Of a stretch of 64,000 nt of DNA, positions 35,082 to 43,693 are shown one piece after another (position 1 is the stretch's first letter; each line of letters opens with the position of its first letter). Position numbers and translations under genes: made by a program. Origin of the DNA: a virus. The notes under the pieces were generated by a model, which was not told the origin of the DNA, did not search any database, and saw only the letters and a list, made by a program, of their open reading frames with translations. The DNA lies in IMG/VR virus record IMGVR_UViG_3300006155_000004; one strand, 5' to 3'.

Positions 35082-35393
35082 ATGTCTGATATGAAACGTG
35101 GACAAGTTTACTATGCAGAACTAAGACCGGTTATCGGAAGCGAGCAAGGAGGAGTCAGACCGTGTTTGGTTATCCAGAATGACACAGGGAACTTACATTC
35201 CACGACCGTCATGATAGCGGCCATGACAACGAAGAGAAAGGCAAATATACCGACACATGTTGCTGTATCGTCAGAAGATTACTGTCTTGACATCAACACA
35301 ACAATTCTTCTTGAACAGATACGAACGATAGACAAAAGTAGGATATCAAGTTTTGTTAGCAGATTGAACGACTGTACCATGAAAAAAGGTTGA
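35082..35393 (+). CDS. mazF: MazF/PemK-family endoribonuclease toxin
   Basis: KRGQVYYAELRPVIGSEQGGVRPCLVIQNDTGNLHSTTVMIAAMTTKRKANIPTHV...TILLEQIRTIDKSRI matches MazF/EndoA signature. Confidence 0.85.
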   Translation: MSDMKRGQVYYAELRPVIGSEQGGVRPCLVIQNDTGNLHSTTVMIAAMTTKRKANIPTHVAVSSEDYCLDINTTILLEQIRTIDKSRISSFVSRLNDCTMKKG

Positions 35394-35448
35394 CGAAGCG
35401 TTAAATATCGGCCTTGCATTAAATAAGGAAGAAAGAGAAGCGGAAAAC

Positions 35449-36156
35449 TTGGGAGAGATAATTCACGTTGGAAACAGAGACATTTCCGTTAAAGAATACA
35501 ACGGACAAAGAGTGGTGACGTTCAAAGATATTGATGACGTTCACAACAGACCGGACGGAACGGCAAACAAAAGGTTCCTTGACAACAAGAAGCGGTTTGT
35601 AGAGGGGGAAGATTTCTTTAAGATAAGCAATTCCGAAATTCGGAAAAGCCGCATAATTCCTATATCTGACAATGATTACATGGACAAAATACTTGTAACA
35701 GAACAGGGATATCTGATGCTTGTCAAGTCATTTACAGATGATTTGGCGTGGGAAGTCCAGAGGAAACTTGTAAATGATTATTTCGGAGCGAAGAAGCTAT
35801 CTCCGGTCGAAATGATGCGGATTCAGCTTGGAATGATTGATGAACTTGGAGATAGAGTTACTGATCTAGAAAATACATACACAATCGACCACGGGCAACA
35901 GAGGGTTTTGGAAAACACGGTAAACAAAACTGTTATATCGGTTTTGGGCGGAAAAGAATCAAACGCCTACAAAGAAATAGGAAGAAAGGTATTTGCAGAG
36001 CGCAACAGGGATTTGAAGAACTATTTTAAGGTCAATTCCAGAGATGACGTTCCAAAGCTGCATTATGAAGATGCAATCAAGTATGCGGAGGATTGGAAAC
36101 CTTGCATAAACACTGCGATGCTTATTTCGAGCTGCAATGCTCAGATGAATTTATAG
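35449..36156 (+). CDS. ORF6N-domain antirepressor-like protein
   Basis: ISVKEYNGQRVVTFKDIDDVHNRPDGTANKRFLDNKKRFVEGEDFFKI...VTEQGYLMLVKSFTDDLAWEVQRKLV; TTG start. Confidence 0.65.
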   Translation: MGEIIHVGNRDISVKEYNGQRVVTFKDIDDVHNRPDGTANKRFLDNKKRFVEGEDFFKISNSEIRKSRIIPISDNDYMDKILVTEQGYLMLVKSFTDDLAWEVQRKLVNDYFGAKKLSPVEMMRIQLGMIDELGDRVTDLENTYTIDHGQQRVLENTVNKTVISVLGGKESNAYKEIGRKVFAERNRDLKNYFKVNSRDDVPKLHYEDAIKYAEDWKPCINTAMLISSCNAQMNL

Positions 36157-36174
36157 AAGAAAGGAGAAATGAAT

Positions 36175-36297
36175 ATGTATATACCGGAATTTTGGCTGGG
36201 CGTATTATCGGTGGTTTCGGCTGAAATGATTGCATTTATTGCGGTCATAATCTATGCGTTTATCAAAAGCGGCAAGAAAAGAAAGGAGGATGAATAG
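36175..36297 (+). CDS. small membrane protein (40 aa)
   Basis: ATG behind AAGGAG; one TM (LGVLSVVSAEMIAFIAVIIYAFI). Confidence 0.4.
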   Translation: MYIPEFWLGVLSVVSAEMIAFIAVIIYAFIKSGKKRKEDE

Positions 36298-36698
36298 TGC
36301 CAAGGCCAAAAAAGTTTGAACATGGCGCAGAAATAAGACGCCTGTGCAGCCGGAATATGCGCGGCAGACAACTGGGCGCTTGTTGGTGAAACAGAGTTTT
36401 GCCTGAAAATCATCCACAAAACACTGAAAAAATAAGAAAGATTGACAGGTATGCAATTCCAAAGAAAGGATGGAAGTGTTGAATTTAGAAACGGTAACCA
36501 CTCAAGACTGCATTGAGAACTACAAATCCAAAGGCAGAAGCGTCATTTTGAACGACGGAAAACTAATTGGATTTCAGCAAGAAGAAATCCCCACACAGAC
36601 CGAAAATCCAAGTGGGGATAAATAGCCAGATAAGGCTATTACTATGCCTAATTATATGCGGTTATTCGGGGAAAGCCAAGCGAAAGGAAGAAAAACAA

Positions 36699-36890
36699 AT
36701 GAGAAAAAATTTAAAAGAAGCCCGCAACAAGGCGGGCATGACGCAGAAACAGGTTGCAGAGTATTTGGAAATTAGTGAAATTGGTTATAGACAAATTGAA
36801 TCTGGAAAACGGATTGGTTCAATCAAAACATGGGACGCACTAGAGGATTTGTTTAATATTCATCAGCGGAAGTTAAGAGAGAACTTTTAA
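36699..36890 (+). CDS. XRE-family HTH protein
   Basis: LKEARNKAGMTQKQVAEYLEISEIGYRQIESGKR. Confidence 0.65.
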   Translation: MRKNLKEARNKAGMTQKQVAEYLEISEIGYRQIESGKRIGSIKTWDALEDLFNIHQRKLRENF

Positions 36891-37089
36891 AATCCTCTAA
36901 ACACATTAAGTCGTCCAAAGAAACATTAAATATCACCGCAAGCTTTAATATTTTTTCTATATTTGGCTCACGCGTTCCTTGTTCGTATTGCCTTATTGTG
37001 ATTGTGGAAACCCCTAGATAATCAGCTATTTCCTTTTGCTTTAAAGGTGATTGCGTGCGTAGTTCGCGTAAACGTTCATTGAATCTCAT
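36853..37089 (-). CDS. XRE-family HTH repressor-like protein
   Basis: NERLRELRTQSPLKQKEIADYLGVSTITIRQYEQGTREPNIEKILKLAVIFNVSLDDL; divergent from 37223 operon. Confidence 0.75.
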   Translation of the reverse strand: MRFNERLRELRTQSPLKQKEIADYLGVSTITIRQYEQGTREPNIEKILKLAVIFNVSLDDLMCLEDFKSSLLTSADEY

Positions 37090-37108
37090 AAGTACCTCCT
37101 AAAAATAC

Positions 37109-37137
37109 TTGACAGATTCAAAATGAATCGCTATAAT
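37109..37137 (+). promoter_or_regulatory. perfect consensus sigma-A promoter TTGACA-17-TATAAT
   Basis: -35 37109-37114, -10 37132-37137; operator palindrome fills the spacer. Confidence 0.75.
37115..37129. promoter_or_regulatory. operator palindrome GATTCAaaaTGAATC (copy 1)
   Basis: Perfect 6-3-6 inverted repeat inside promoter spacer. Confidence 0.7.
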
Positions 37138-37148
37138 GTGATAAAAGC

Positions 37149-37163
37149 GATTCAAAATGAATC
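37149..37163. promoter_or_regulatory. operator palindrome GATTCAaaaTGAATC (copy 2)
   Basis: Identical 15-mer 34 bp downstream of copy 1. Confidence 0.7.
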
Positions 37164-37222
37164 GTAATGTATAAAACGGTATAGTTGATTTTCATTATAC
37201 CACAAATCAGGAGGTATGCACA

Positions 37223-37534
37223 ATGAGCAAGAAAACAACAATCAAGGAAAGGATTACACACATCAAGAGAAAACTTGGATTGGACAAGCAAGAGAACGAG
37301 AAAATACAGAAGATTAAAAAAGATTTCAACGAACGAACCGCAGAAATAGGAGAAGAATGGGATTTATCAGATTTTCTCACGCTCTTAGAATTGTCGGAGT
37401 ACGGTCATTTAGGAAAGTCCAATGCCATCATATTTGCTTTTAAGATTGGCTATATGCAAGGGTATGAGGATTTGAGGGTTAAAACTTTGAATTGGCTCGA
37501 ACAATCATTCGGCGTTAAGGAAACGGAGGGCTAA
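37223..37534 (+). CDS. hypothetical early protein
   Basis: 103 aa behind CAGGAGG. Confidence 0.5.
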   Translation: MSKKTTIKERITHIKRKLGLDKQENEKIQKIKKDFNERTAEIGEEWDLSDFLTLLELSEYGHLGKSNAIIFAFKIGYMQGYEDLRVKTLNWLEQSFGVKETEG

Positions 37535-37537
37535 TAA

Positions 37538-37840
37538 ATGGAAGATTGCTTGAAAGCCCTTAGAGAAAGGCTGTATGCAGTGATGGGTAAGAACGACTGG
37601 ACGTTGACAAGGCTTTCAAATGAGTGTGGAGTTTCCTATCGCGAGTTACAGCAAATTCTTTACAAACAAAACAAAGATGTTCGGCTGTCAACCCTTGTAA
37701 GAATATCGGACGGTCTTGGAATACCACTAATTTCACTGGTTGACATGGAGGAAATGCGGAAAGAGGAAAATGCAGAGTTTATCAGAAAATTGTATTCAGA
37801 CATGAAAGAATATTTAAGAAAGAGTGGTGTTGAAATTTGA
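37538..37840 (+). CDS. HTH (XRE-like) protein
   Basis: WTLTRLSNECGVSYRELQQILYKQNKDVRLSTLVRISDGLGIPL. Confidence 0.55.
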   Translation: MEDCLKALRERLYAVMGKNDWTLTRLSNECGVSYRELQQILYKQNKDVRLSTLVRISDGLGIPLISLVDMEEMRKEENAEFIRKLYSDMKEYLRKSGVEI

Positions 37841-38484
37841 GTGAATTGGTTGAAATTGTTTCAGAGAGAAACGGGAAACCTGTTACTACAAGCCTAAAAG
37901 TTGCGGAAAAATTTGAGAAAGACCATAGGCATGTGCTTGAAAGCATTAGAAATCTCGTAGCCGAAAAGTCGGCCGCCAAATTCTTTAAGGAAACTACCTA
38001 TAAAAACAGAGGAAAGAAATATCCTATGTTTGAAATGGATAGAGATGGTTTTTCTTTGCTCGTCATGGGGTTTAATGGAAAGAAAGCGTTGCAGTGGAAG
38101 TTGGATTACATACAGGCGTTTAACAGCATGGAAAGTTTTATAAAATCTATACAATCCGCCAAAATGGATTATCCAGCACTTACAAAAGCAATCGAGCAGG
38201 CACATGAAGAGCCAAAGTTTTACCATTTTAGTAATGAAATCAACATGATTAACCGTATTGCACTTGGAGCAGACGCAAAGCACTTTAAGGAAGAAAACGG
38301 AATTGATAAGGAAGAAAATTCTATCAGACCATATTTGACGGCGGAACAAATAAAGGCAATCGAGGAATTACAAAGGATAGATATAGGGCTTTTAGTTGCA
38401 AATATTGAATTTGAGAAGAGAAAGCAAATATTGAGGACGCATTATAGTAAAAACACATCAATTACAGAAATGGCGAGGCAATGA
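37837..38484 (+). CDS. Rha-family phage regulatory protein (paralogue D, different C-domain)
   Basis: VTTSLKVAEKFEKDHRHVLESIRN...MDRDGFSLLVMGFNGKKALQWKLDYIQAFNSME. Confidence 0.8.
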   Translation: MSELVEIVSERNGKPVTTSLKVAEKFEKDHRHVLESIRNLVAEKSAAKFFKETTYKNRGKKYPMFEMDRDGFSLLVMGFNGKKALQWKLDYIQAFNSMESFIKSIQSAKMDYPALTKAIEQAHEEPKFYHFSNEINMINRIALGADAKHFKEENGIDKEENSIRPYLTAEQIKAIEELQRIDIGLLVANIEFEKRKQILRTHYSKNTSITEMARQ

Positions 38485-38679
38485 AAAAAATATATTGCAT
38501 TAAATGAGTTTGAGAGAAGAATTGCCAATGAGGGTATGGAGTTTAACGAATTTCCAAACAAGAAAGAACTTGAAAAAACAGAAAAAGAGATTGCTGAAAC
38601 TAACGAGGGTTTCAAAAATATAGTATTTGAGTTGGGGTGTTCAGTTTTGGCAAAAGCGTATCTGAAAGCAATAGATTAA
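38481..38679 (+). pseudogene. small ORF broken at A7 (38484-38490); A6 would give a 65-aa protein coupled by ATGA
   Basis: ATG 38481 reads MKKIYCIK-stop; with one A fewer it reads MKKYIALNEFERRIANEGMEFNEF...AKAYLKAID to TAA 38677. Confidence 0.4.
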
Positions 38680-38707
38680 CTAAATCACAGATCAAAGGAG
38701 AAAACCA

Positions 38708-39346
38708 ATGAATAGAGAAAAGAATGAAAACAACCAAGTTACATTAATCGGAGAAATCGCAAGTAATTTTGAGTTCAGCCATGAGTGCTACGGCGAGGGA
38801 TTTTATACCGCCATGCTTTCGAGCGAGAGGACAAGCGGTCAGAAAGACATTATTCCAATTATGGTATCGGAACGGCTTGTTGATGTGAAAGCAGACTGGA
38901 TAGGTCGGTTTGTAATAGTGAATGGTCAGTTTAGGTCTTATAACAAGCATGATGAAGAAAGAAACCATCTTATTCTTTCGGTATTTGTTAGGGGGTTTAA
39001 GGAAACAGAATTTGAACATGAAGAACCGGGAAGCGGTAATGATGAAAACGACATTTCCCTTGACGGATATATCTGCAAATCGCCAACTTACCGAAAAACA
39101 CCGTTCGGCAGAGAAATCACAGACATTCTTCTTGCGGTCAACCGCTCATACGGAAAATCAGACTACATACCATGTATCGCATGGGGAAGAAATGCGGTAT
39201 ATGCAAGTGGTTTGGAAGTCGGCACAAGGCTACGGATTGAGGGAAGAATCCAGAGCAGGGAATACCAGAAACGCATTTCTGACGATGAATATGAAACACG
39301 AATTGCTTATGAGGTTTCGGTTTCAAAGATGGAAGCGGAGGAATGA
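38708..39346 (+). CDS. tandem OB-fold, SSB-like protein lacking acidic tail
   Basis: 212 aa; two halves each with NxV.L.G....... and ...R....GR...R.Y pattern (QVTLIGEI...VIVNGQFRSY / ISLDGYIC...LRIEGRIQSREY). Confidence 0.45.
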   Translation: MNREKNENNQVTLIGEIASNFEFSHECYGEGFYTAMLSSERTSGQKDIIPIMVSERLVDVKADWIGRFVIVNGQFRSYNKHDEERNHLILSVFVRGFKETEFEHEEPGSGNDENDISLDGYICKSPTYRKTPFGREITDILLAVNRSYGKSDYIPCIAWGRNAVYASGLEVGTRLRIEGRIQSREYQKRISDDEYETRIAYEVSVSKMEAEE

Positions 39347-39534
39347 TCATGATTTATTTTGCTTATGTAATTGCCTGGATTAGCACATCGGCCGCGGTAA
39401 TTTCTGGAATGTATTTTACAAAGTCTGCATTGTGCCTATGGGCGCTTGTCTTGCCTGCTTGCATTAAATTAACACGCAATGGCGAAGACGACAAAGAAAG
39501 CGAGGAGGCAGAAGATGAACAGAGCAAAGATTGA
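39343..39534 (+). CDS. small membrane protein
   Basis: 63 aa, two TM segments, acidic tail. Confidence 0.45.
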   Translation: MIMIYFAYVIAWISTSAAVISGMYFTKSALCLWALVLPACIKLTRNGEDDKESEEAEDEQSKD

Positions 39535-39844
39535 AGATGCATTGCTTGCAATGGGAGTTCCGGCAGGAATTAAAGGTTTTACATACATTACGGACGCGAT
39601 ACAGATTTTTGACGAAAGAGGAACAAACATCCGCATGACAAAAGAATTATATCCGACGATCGCAAAGAATAACGGAACAACTCCGTCCATAGTGGAAAGG
39701 TCAATCAGACACGCACTTACAGTAGCAAGAGATTGCAGGGGTAAATATGAAATCATTAATCACTACATAGGATTTGCGAACTGTCAAAATTCAAGTTCCC
39801 TTAAACAGCTCCACATGATGCTGAAAAGGGAGGATTCGGAATGA
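39515..39844 (+). CDS. Spo0A C-terminal (DNA-binding) domain homologue without receiver domain
   Basis: MGVPAGIKGFTYITDAIQIF...KELYPTIAKNNGTTPSIVERSIRHALTVA parallels Spo0A GVPAHIKGYLYLREAI...[27 protein letters not shown]. Confidence 0.75.
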   Translation: MNRAKIEDALLAMGVPAGIKGFTYITDAIQIFDERGTNIRMTKELYPTIAKNNGTTPSIVERSIRHALTVARDCRGKYEIINHYIGFANCQNSSSLKQLHMMLKREDSE

Positions 39845-40125
39845 GAAATACAGACCACAAAATCAAATCTACCTACGAAGTAACCCAAACCCATGAGTTT
39901 TCCGTAGACTGGAACGGCTTTAACTTTCTTATCATCTACGGACACCACAAAAACGGCTGGTTCATTGCAATTCCAAATTGGAATAAATGCACCGAAGCAG
40001 GAGAGCCGTCAGACGCAGCATATAACGCTACAAAGTTAGCGCAGACGCACATGAATGACATTGCGCCTGTGTATCTTGCACAGGCGATTAAAGAGCATTG
40101 GGAGGGATTGGAGAAACGAAAGTAA
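39841..40125 (+). CDS. hypothetical protein
   Basis: 94 aa, ATGA overlap. Confidence 0.5.
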   Translation: MRNTDHKIKSTYEVTQTHEFSVDWNGFNFLIIYGHHKNGWFIAIPNWNKCTEAGEPSDAAYNATKLAQTHMNDIAPVYLAQAIKEHWEGLEKRK

Positions 40126-40304
40126 AACAAATTGAAGGAAAAGATGTTCTAAATAATATCCAGAGCAGGGAATATTACAGAATGTCCAAGCAGTCAGACA
40201 AAGATGTTTTCAACATAAAAAGATTATCTGAAATGACTATTGCAGAACTCTTAAAGGCAGTTGAAAACAATGACACTTTCTTAGAAATAAAACAGGAGGA
40301 CTAA
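40098..40304 (+). CDS. hypothetical protein (start uncertain; ATG at 40182)
   Basis: ORF fills the gap; weak SD. Confidence 0.3.
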   Translation: MGGIGETKVKQIEGKDVLNNIQSREYYRMSKQSDKDVFNIKRLSEMTIAELLKAVENNDTFLEIKQED

Positions 40305-40306
40305 CC

Positions 40307-40465
40307 ATGTCAGAAATACAATGTTGCGGTCAATGCCGCCATCACAAACCCATGGCGCAAGATGAATTTATGTGCGACAACGAAAACAGCGAGGGCTACG
40401 GATTATCAACAGCTTATGATGATTGCTGTGAGGACGGATTTGAGGAGGCAGAGGAAAATAAATAA
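40307..40465 (+). CDS. small Cys-rich acidic protein (52 aa)
   Basis: ATG behind CAGGAGGA; MSEIQCCGQCRHH... Confidence 0.4.
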   Translation: MSEIQCCGQCRHHKPMAQDEFMCDNENSEGYGLSTAYDDCCEDGFEEAEENK

Positions 40466-40490
40466 AGCAGAAAAAAGACAATTTCATGGA

Positions 40491-41123
40491 ATGTCAAAAT
40501 CGAGAATTAACAGAATATATAGGTGCATGAAATCAAGGTGTTATAACAAAAACAATTATTCCTATGAATATTACGGTGGCAGAGGAATTACGGTTTGTGA
40601 TGAATGGCTAGGTGAAAATGGATTTATCAATTTCTACAACTGGTCTATGACGAACGGGTATGCAGATAACTTGACGATTGATCGTATTGATACAAATGGT
40701 AATTATGAGCCTAATAATTGCCGTTGGGTGACCATGTTGCAGCAATCAAATAACACGAGGGCAAATAGAAATTTTGAATATAACGGAGAAGTGCATACCC
40801 TAAAAGAATGGGCGAATTTGCTTAAGATAAATTACAATACTCTATTTTCTAGGATTGATGTATTGGGATGGGATTTTAAAAAAGCTATTTCAGAACCAGT
40901 TCAAGAACAAAAGAAAACAAGAAGCGCAGGAAGAAAAGGGAGATATATCGAATACAACGGTGAAATTCACAACATTGCGGAATGGTCAAATGTAACTGGT
41001 ATAGGCAAAAAGACAATCTCTTACAGAATTAAGAACGGATATCCTTTGGATAAAGTATTTGGAAAAAATGATTTGAGAAGTGCGGGTTGTGAAATATGTG
41101 TTAAAGAATATAAAAAAATATAG
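40491..41123 (+). CDS. phage DNA-binding protein (HNH/AP2-neighbourhood family) with duplicated C-terminal EYNGE(V/I)H..EW modules
   Basis: RIYRCMKSRCYNKNNYSYEYYGGRGITVCDEW...LTIDRIDTNGNYEPNNCRWVT; repeats FEYNGEVHTLKEWANLL / IEYNGEIHNIAEWSNVT. Confidence 0.45.
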   Translation: MSKSRINRIYRCMKSRCYNKNNYSYEYYGGRGITVCDEWLGENGFINFYNWSMTNGYADNLTIDRIDTNGNYEPNNCRWVTMLQQSNNTRANRNFEYNGEVHTLKEWANLLKINYNTLFSRIDVLGWDFKKAISEPVQEQKKTRSAGRKGRYIEYNGEIHNIAEWSNVTGIGKKTISYRIKNGYPLDKVFGKNDLRSAGCEICVKEYKKI

Positions 41124-41133
41124 GAGGTCAACA

Positions 41134-43074
41134 ATGCAAGCAAGAATTAAATCTCTCCATTTGGAGAATTTCAAAGGCGTTAAATTCGCTACATATCAGT
41201 TTGACGGAAAGAATGTGTCTGCCATCGGTCAAAACGGAGCAGGAAAAACAACAATTTTCACAGCCTATATGTGGCTTATGGCAGATAAGGACAGCGACTT
41301 AAAGAGCAATCCGAACATAAGACCGCTTGACACAGAAGAATGTACACCGAGGGTTGAGGTTGTGTTTGACATTGACAGAAAGGAAGTGACCACCGCCAAA
41401 ATCCAGAAATGCACCGTTAAGAAAGGAAAGAACGTCGGTGCAGATACCGTATCGCTGTCAAACAGCTATGAAGTCAACAGCGTGGAATATGGCGAGCGTG
41501 ATTTCAAAAAGAAAATGACAGAGTACGGATTTGACTTTGATTTATTCCTGCCGCTATCTCACCCAGACATGTTCACAAGCCAAAAGTCAGCAGATATGCG
41601 AAAGGTTCTGTTTGGCATGGCAAGCGAACAGTCCGACTTTGATATTGCTTTACAGGCAGATGATTGCATAGAGGCTACCAATCTTCTAAAAATGTACACA
41701 TTTGATGAAGTCAAATCCATGCAGAATGCCACGCTCCGAAAAATCAGAGAGGAATACGGAAAGGACGGGGAAATCCTTAGAGCGAAAATTGAGGGCATGG
41801 AGCAGTCAAAAACAGATATTGACGTTGCCGAACTGGAGTTACAGAAAAAAGCCCTGAATGAGCAGATTGCGGACAACAAGGCAAAGCAGGAGGATATTTC
41901 AAAGGAATTTGAGGAACAACAAAAGGCAAGCGACGGCGTAATTGAACTGAAATTTGAGTTGAACGACTTGCAGAGAAAGGCGAATGAGAAATTAGAGAAG
42001 AAACGCAGAGAAATAAGGGAAGAAATTAATTCTGTTGATTGGCAGTTAAAAGAGATAAGGCACCAAATCCGGCTGAATAAGCAGGATATTGAAGCGGCAC
42101 AGAAATCCATAGACACAAATACAGTCCTTATCAATGCAACAAGGGAGAACTGGAAAGCGGCTAATGAGCGTGTATTTGACGAAAACAGCCTTATTTGTTC
42201 CTGTTGCGGACAAGAATACCCAGAAGAAAGAAAGGGAAAAATTAAAGCTGATTTTGGAAAGAACAGAGAGGAAGAATTAGCCTTTTTAACCAAAAGAGGG
42301 AATGAATTAAAGGCGGCTATCGACAAGGATAAGGCAGAAATTGAACAGTTAAAAGCCACATTAAAAGAGAATGAAGATGAAGAAATCAACCTTGCGGAAT
42401 CAATTAAAGGATTAGAGAAATGCCTTGAAGAAGTTCCACAGTCCGTTGACATTTCCGACCGCCCCGAAGTGCAGGAAATCCAAAGGCAGATTGCTGAAAA
42501 AGAAGCTGCCATGAGCAAGGGCAACAGTGCGGAGGAAATAAGACAGCAGTTGAAAGCCGGGGGAGAGGATTTACAGTCACGATTAACCGAGGTTGAGAAA
42601 CAGCTTGCCCTTGCACAGAAGAATGTTGAGATTGACGAGCAGATAGCAGCACTCCGAAAGAAACAGGGCGAATTTGAGCAGAACAAGGCAAATGCAGAGA
42701 AGATTTTGTATCAGCTTGAGCTTGTGAGCAAGCGGAAGAATGAGTTACTGACTGACCAAGTAAATTCCCATTTCAAACTGGTTAAATTCCGCCTGTTTGA
42801 CTATCTGAAAAATGGGAGTGTGGTGGATGATTGCGAGCCGACGATTGACAGGAAATCCTTAAAAGACCATTCAAACGGTGCGTTGCGCGTGCTTGCGAAG
42901 TTGGATATTGTGGATGGATTGCAAAGGTTTTACGGACAGCATTACCCGGTGTTTACAGATGATTTTTCCCTTGTCACAGAAAATACCGAGCGCAGAATTG
43001 ACACGGACTTCCAGTTGATTAAGCTGGTTGCGGAAAAGGGTGTTAAGGAATTGAAGATTGAAACGGAGGGATAA
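41134..43074 (+). CDS. SMC/SbcC/RecF-like AAA ATPase (recombination module)
   Basis: 646 aa; Walker A GQNGAGKTT at N-terminus; about 350-aa coiled coil with CSCCGQ zinc-hook-like centre; C-terminal ABC signature region. Confidence 0.7.
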   Translation: MQARIKSLHLENFKGVKFATYQFDGKNVSAIGQNGAGKTTIFTAYMWLMADKDSDLKSNPNIRPLDTEECTPRVEVVFDIDRKEVTTAKIQKCTVKKGKNVGADTVSLSNSYEVNSVEYGERDFKKKMTEYGFDFDLFLPLSHPDMFTSQKSADMRKVLFGMASEQSDFDIALQADDCIEATNLLKMYTFDEVKSMQNATLRKIREEYGKDGEILRAKIEGMEQSKTDIDVAELELQKKALNEQIADNKAKQEDISKEFEEQQKASDGVIELKFELNDLQRKANEKLEKKRREIREEINSVDWQLKEIRHQIRLNKQDIEAAQKSIDTNTVLINATRENWKAANERVFDENSLICSCCGQEYPEERKGKIKADFGKNREEELAFLTKRGNELKAAIDKDKAEIEQLKATLKENEDEEINLAESIKGLEKCLEEVPQSVDISDRPEVQEIQRQIAEKEAAMSKGNSAEEIRQQLKAGGEDLQSRLTEVEKQLALAQKNVEIDEQIAALRKKQGEFEQNKANAEKILYQLELVSKRKNELLTDQVNSHFKLVKFRLFDYLKNGSVVDDCEPTIDRKSLKDHSNGALRVLAKLDIVDGLQRFYGQHYPVFTDDFSLVTENTERRIDTDFQLIKLVAEKGVKELKIETEG

Positions 43075-43076
43075 AA

Positions 43077-43298
43077 ATGCCAACAGAGGATTGCAAAACG
43101 AAACAGTTAGAAGCAGAGAATGAAAAGCTCAAAAAGGAATTGTCTGAAATAAAGGAGAAAGAGTACAAAAAATCAGTTGAAAACAACAGATTGGAGTGTA
43201 AGATTTCCAGCTTGGAAAGAGAAAAGGATAGGTTATTAGAGATAATCGAAAATCTTTCCAAAGGATTTGCAAATATGGAGAGTGTAACAAAAAAGTAA
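43077..43298 (+). CDS. coiled-coil protein
   Basis: 73 aa heptad-rich. Confidence 0.45.
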   Translation: MPTEDCKTKQLEAENEKLKKELSEIKEKEYKKSVENNRLECKISSLEREKDRLLEIIENLSKGFANMESVTKK

Positions 43299-43312
43299 AC
43301 GGAGGTTCAACC

Positions 43313-43612
43313 ATGAAGAAACAAATTTTAATCGTGGCGTTGGCGGTTGTGATGGTGGTTTGCTTAGTGGGGTGCGGCACTACATATCAAGAGGCGACAG
43401 GGCAGACAGAAAGCAATGAGAGCGGCGATTTTGGAAATGGATATTTTACTGCCATTTCCGAATGGAGTAGCACAACCAATAAGTACAAAATAGTCTATGC
43501 GAACGACACGAAGGTTAAATATTTTGTCTTCAATACTGGTTATAAATTTGGTATTACCCCACTCTACAACGCAGACGGAACATTGCAGATTTATGAAGAA
43601 AGCAAGGATTGA
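43313..43612 (+). CDS. lipoprotein
   Basis: MKKQILIVALAVVMVVCLVGC lipobox. Confidence 0.65.
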   Translation: MKKQILIVALAVVMVVCLVGCGTTYQEATGQTESNESGDFGNGYFTAISEWSSTTNKYKIVYANDTKVKYFVFNTGYKFGITPLYNADGTLQIYEESKD

Positions 43613-43693
43613 GGAACGAAGAAATACAACACGAATTTTATCAAAAGTTACATTGAGGAACATAAGACGGAAATTGAAACGGCAACTTGCGGT

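Noticed and set aside
41559-42686. 375-aa antisense ORF within the AAA ATPase gene
   Set aside because: It is a shadow of the A/G-rich coiled-coil coding region, with a serine/phenylalanine-rich nonsense-like product and no SD.
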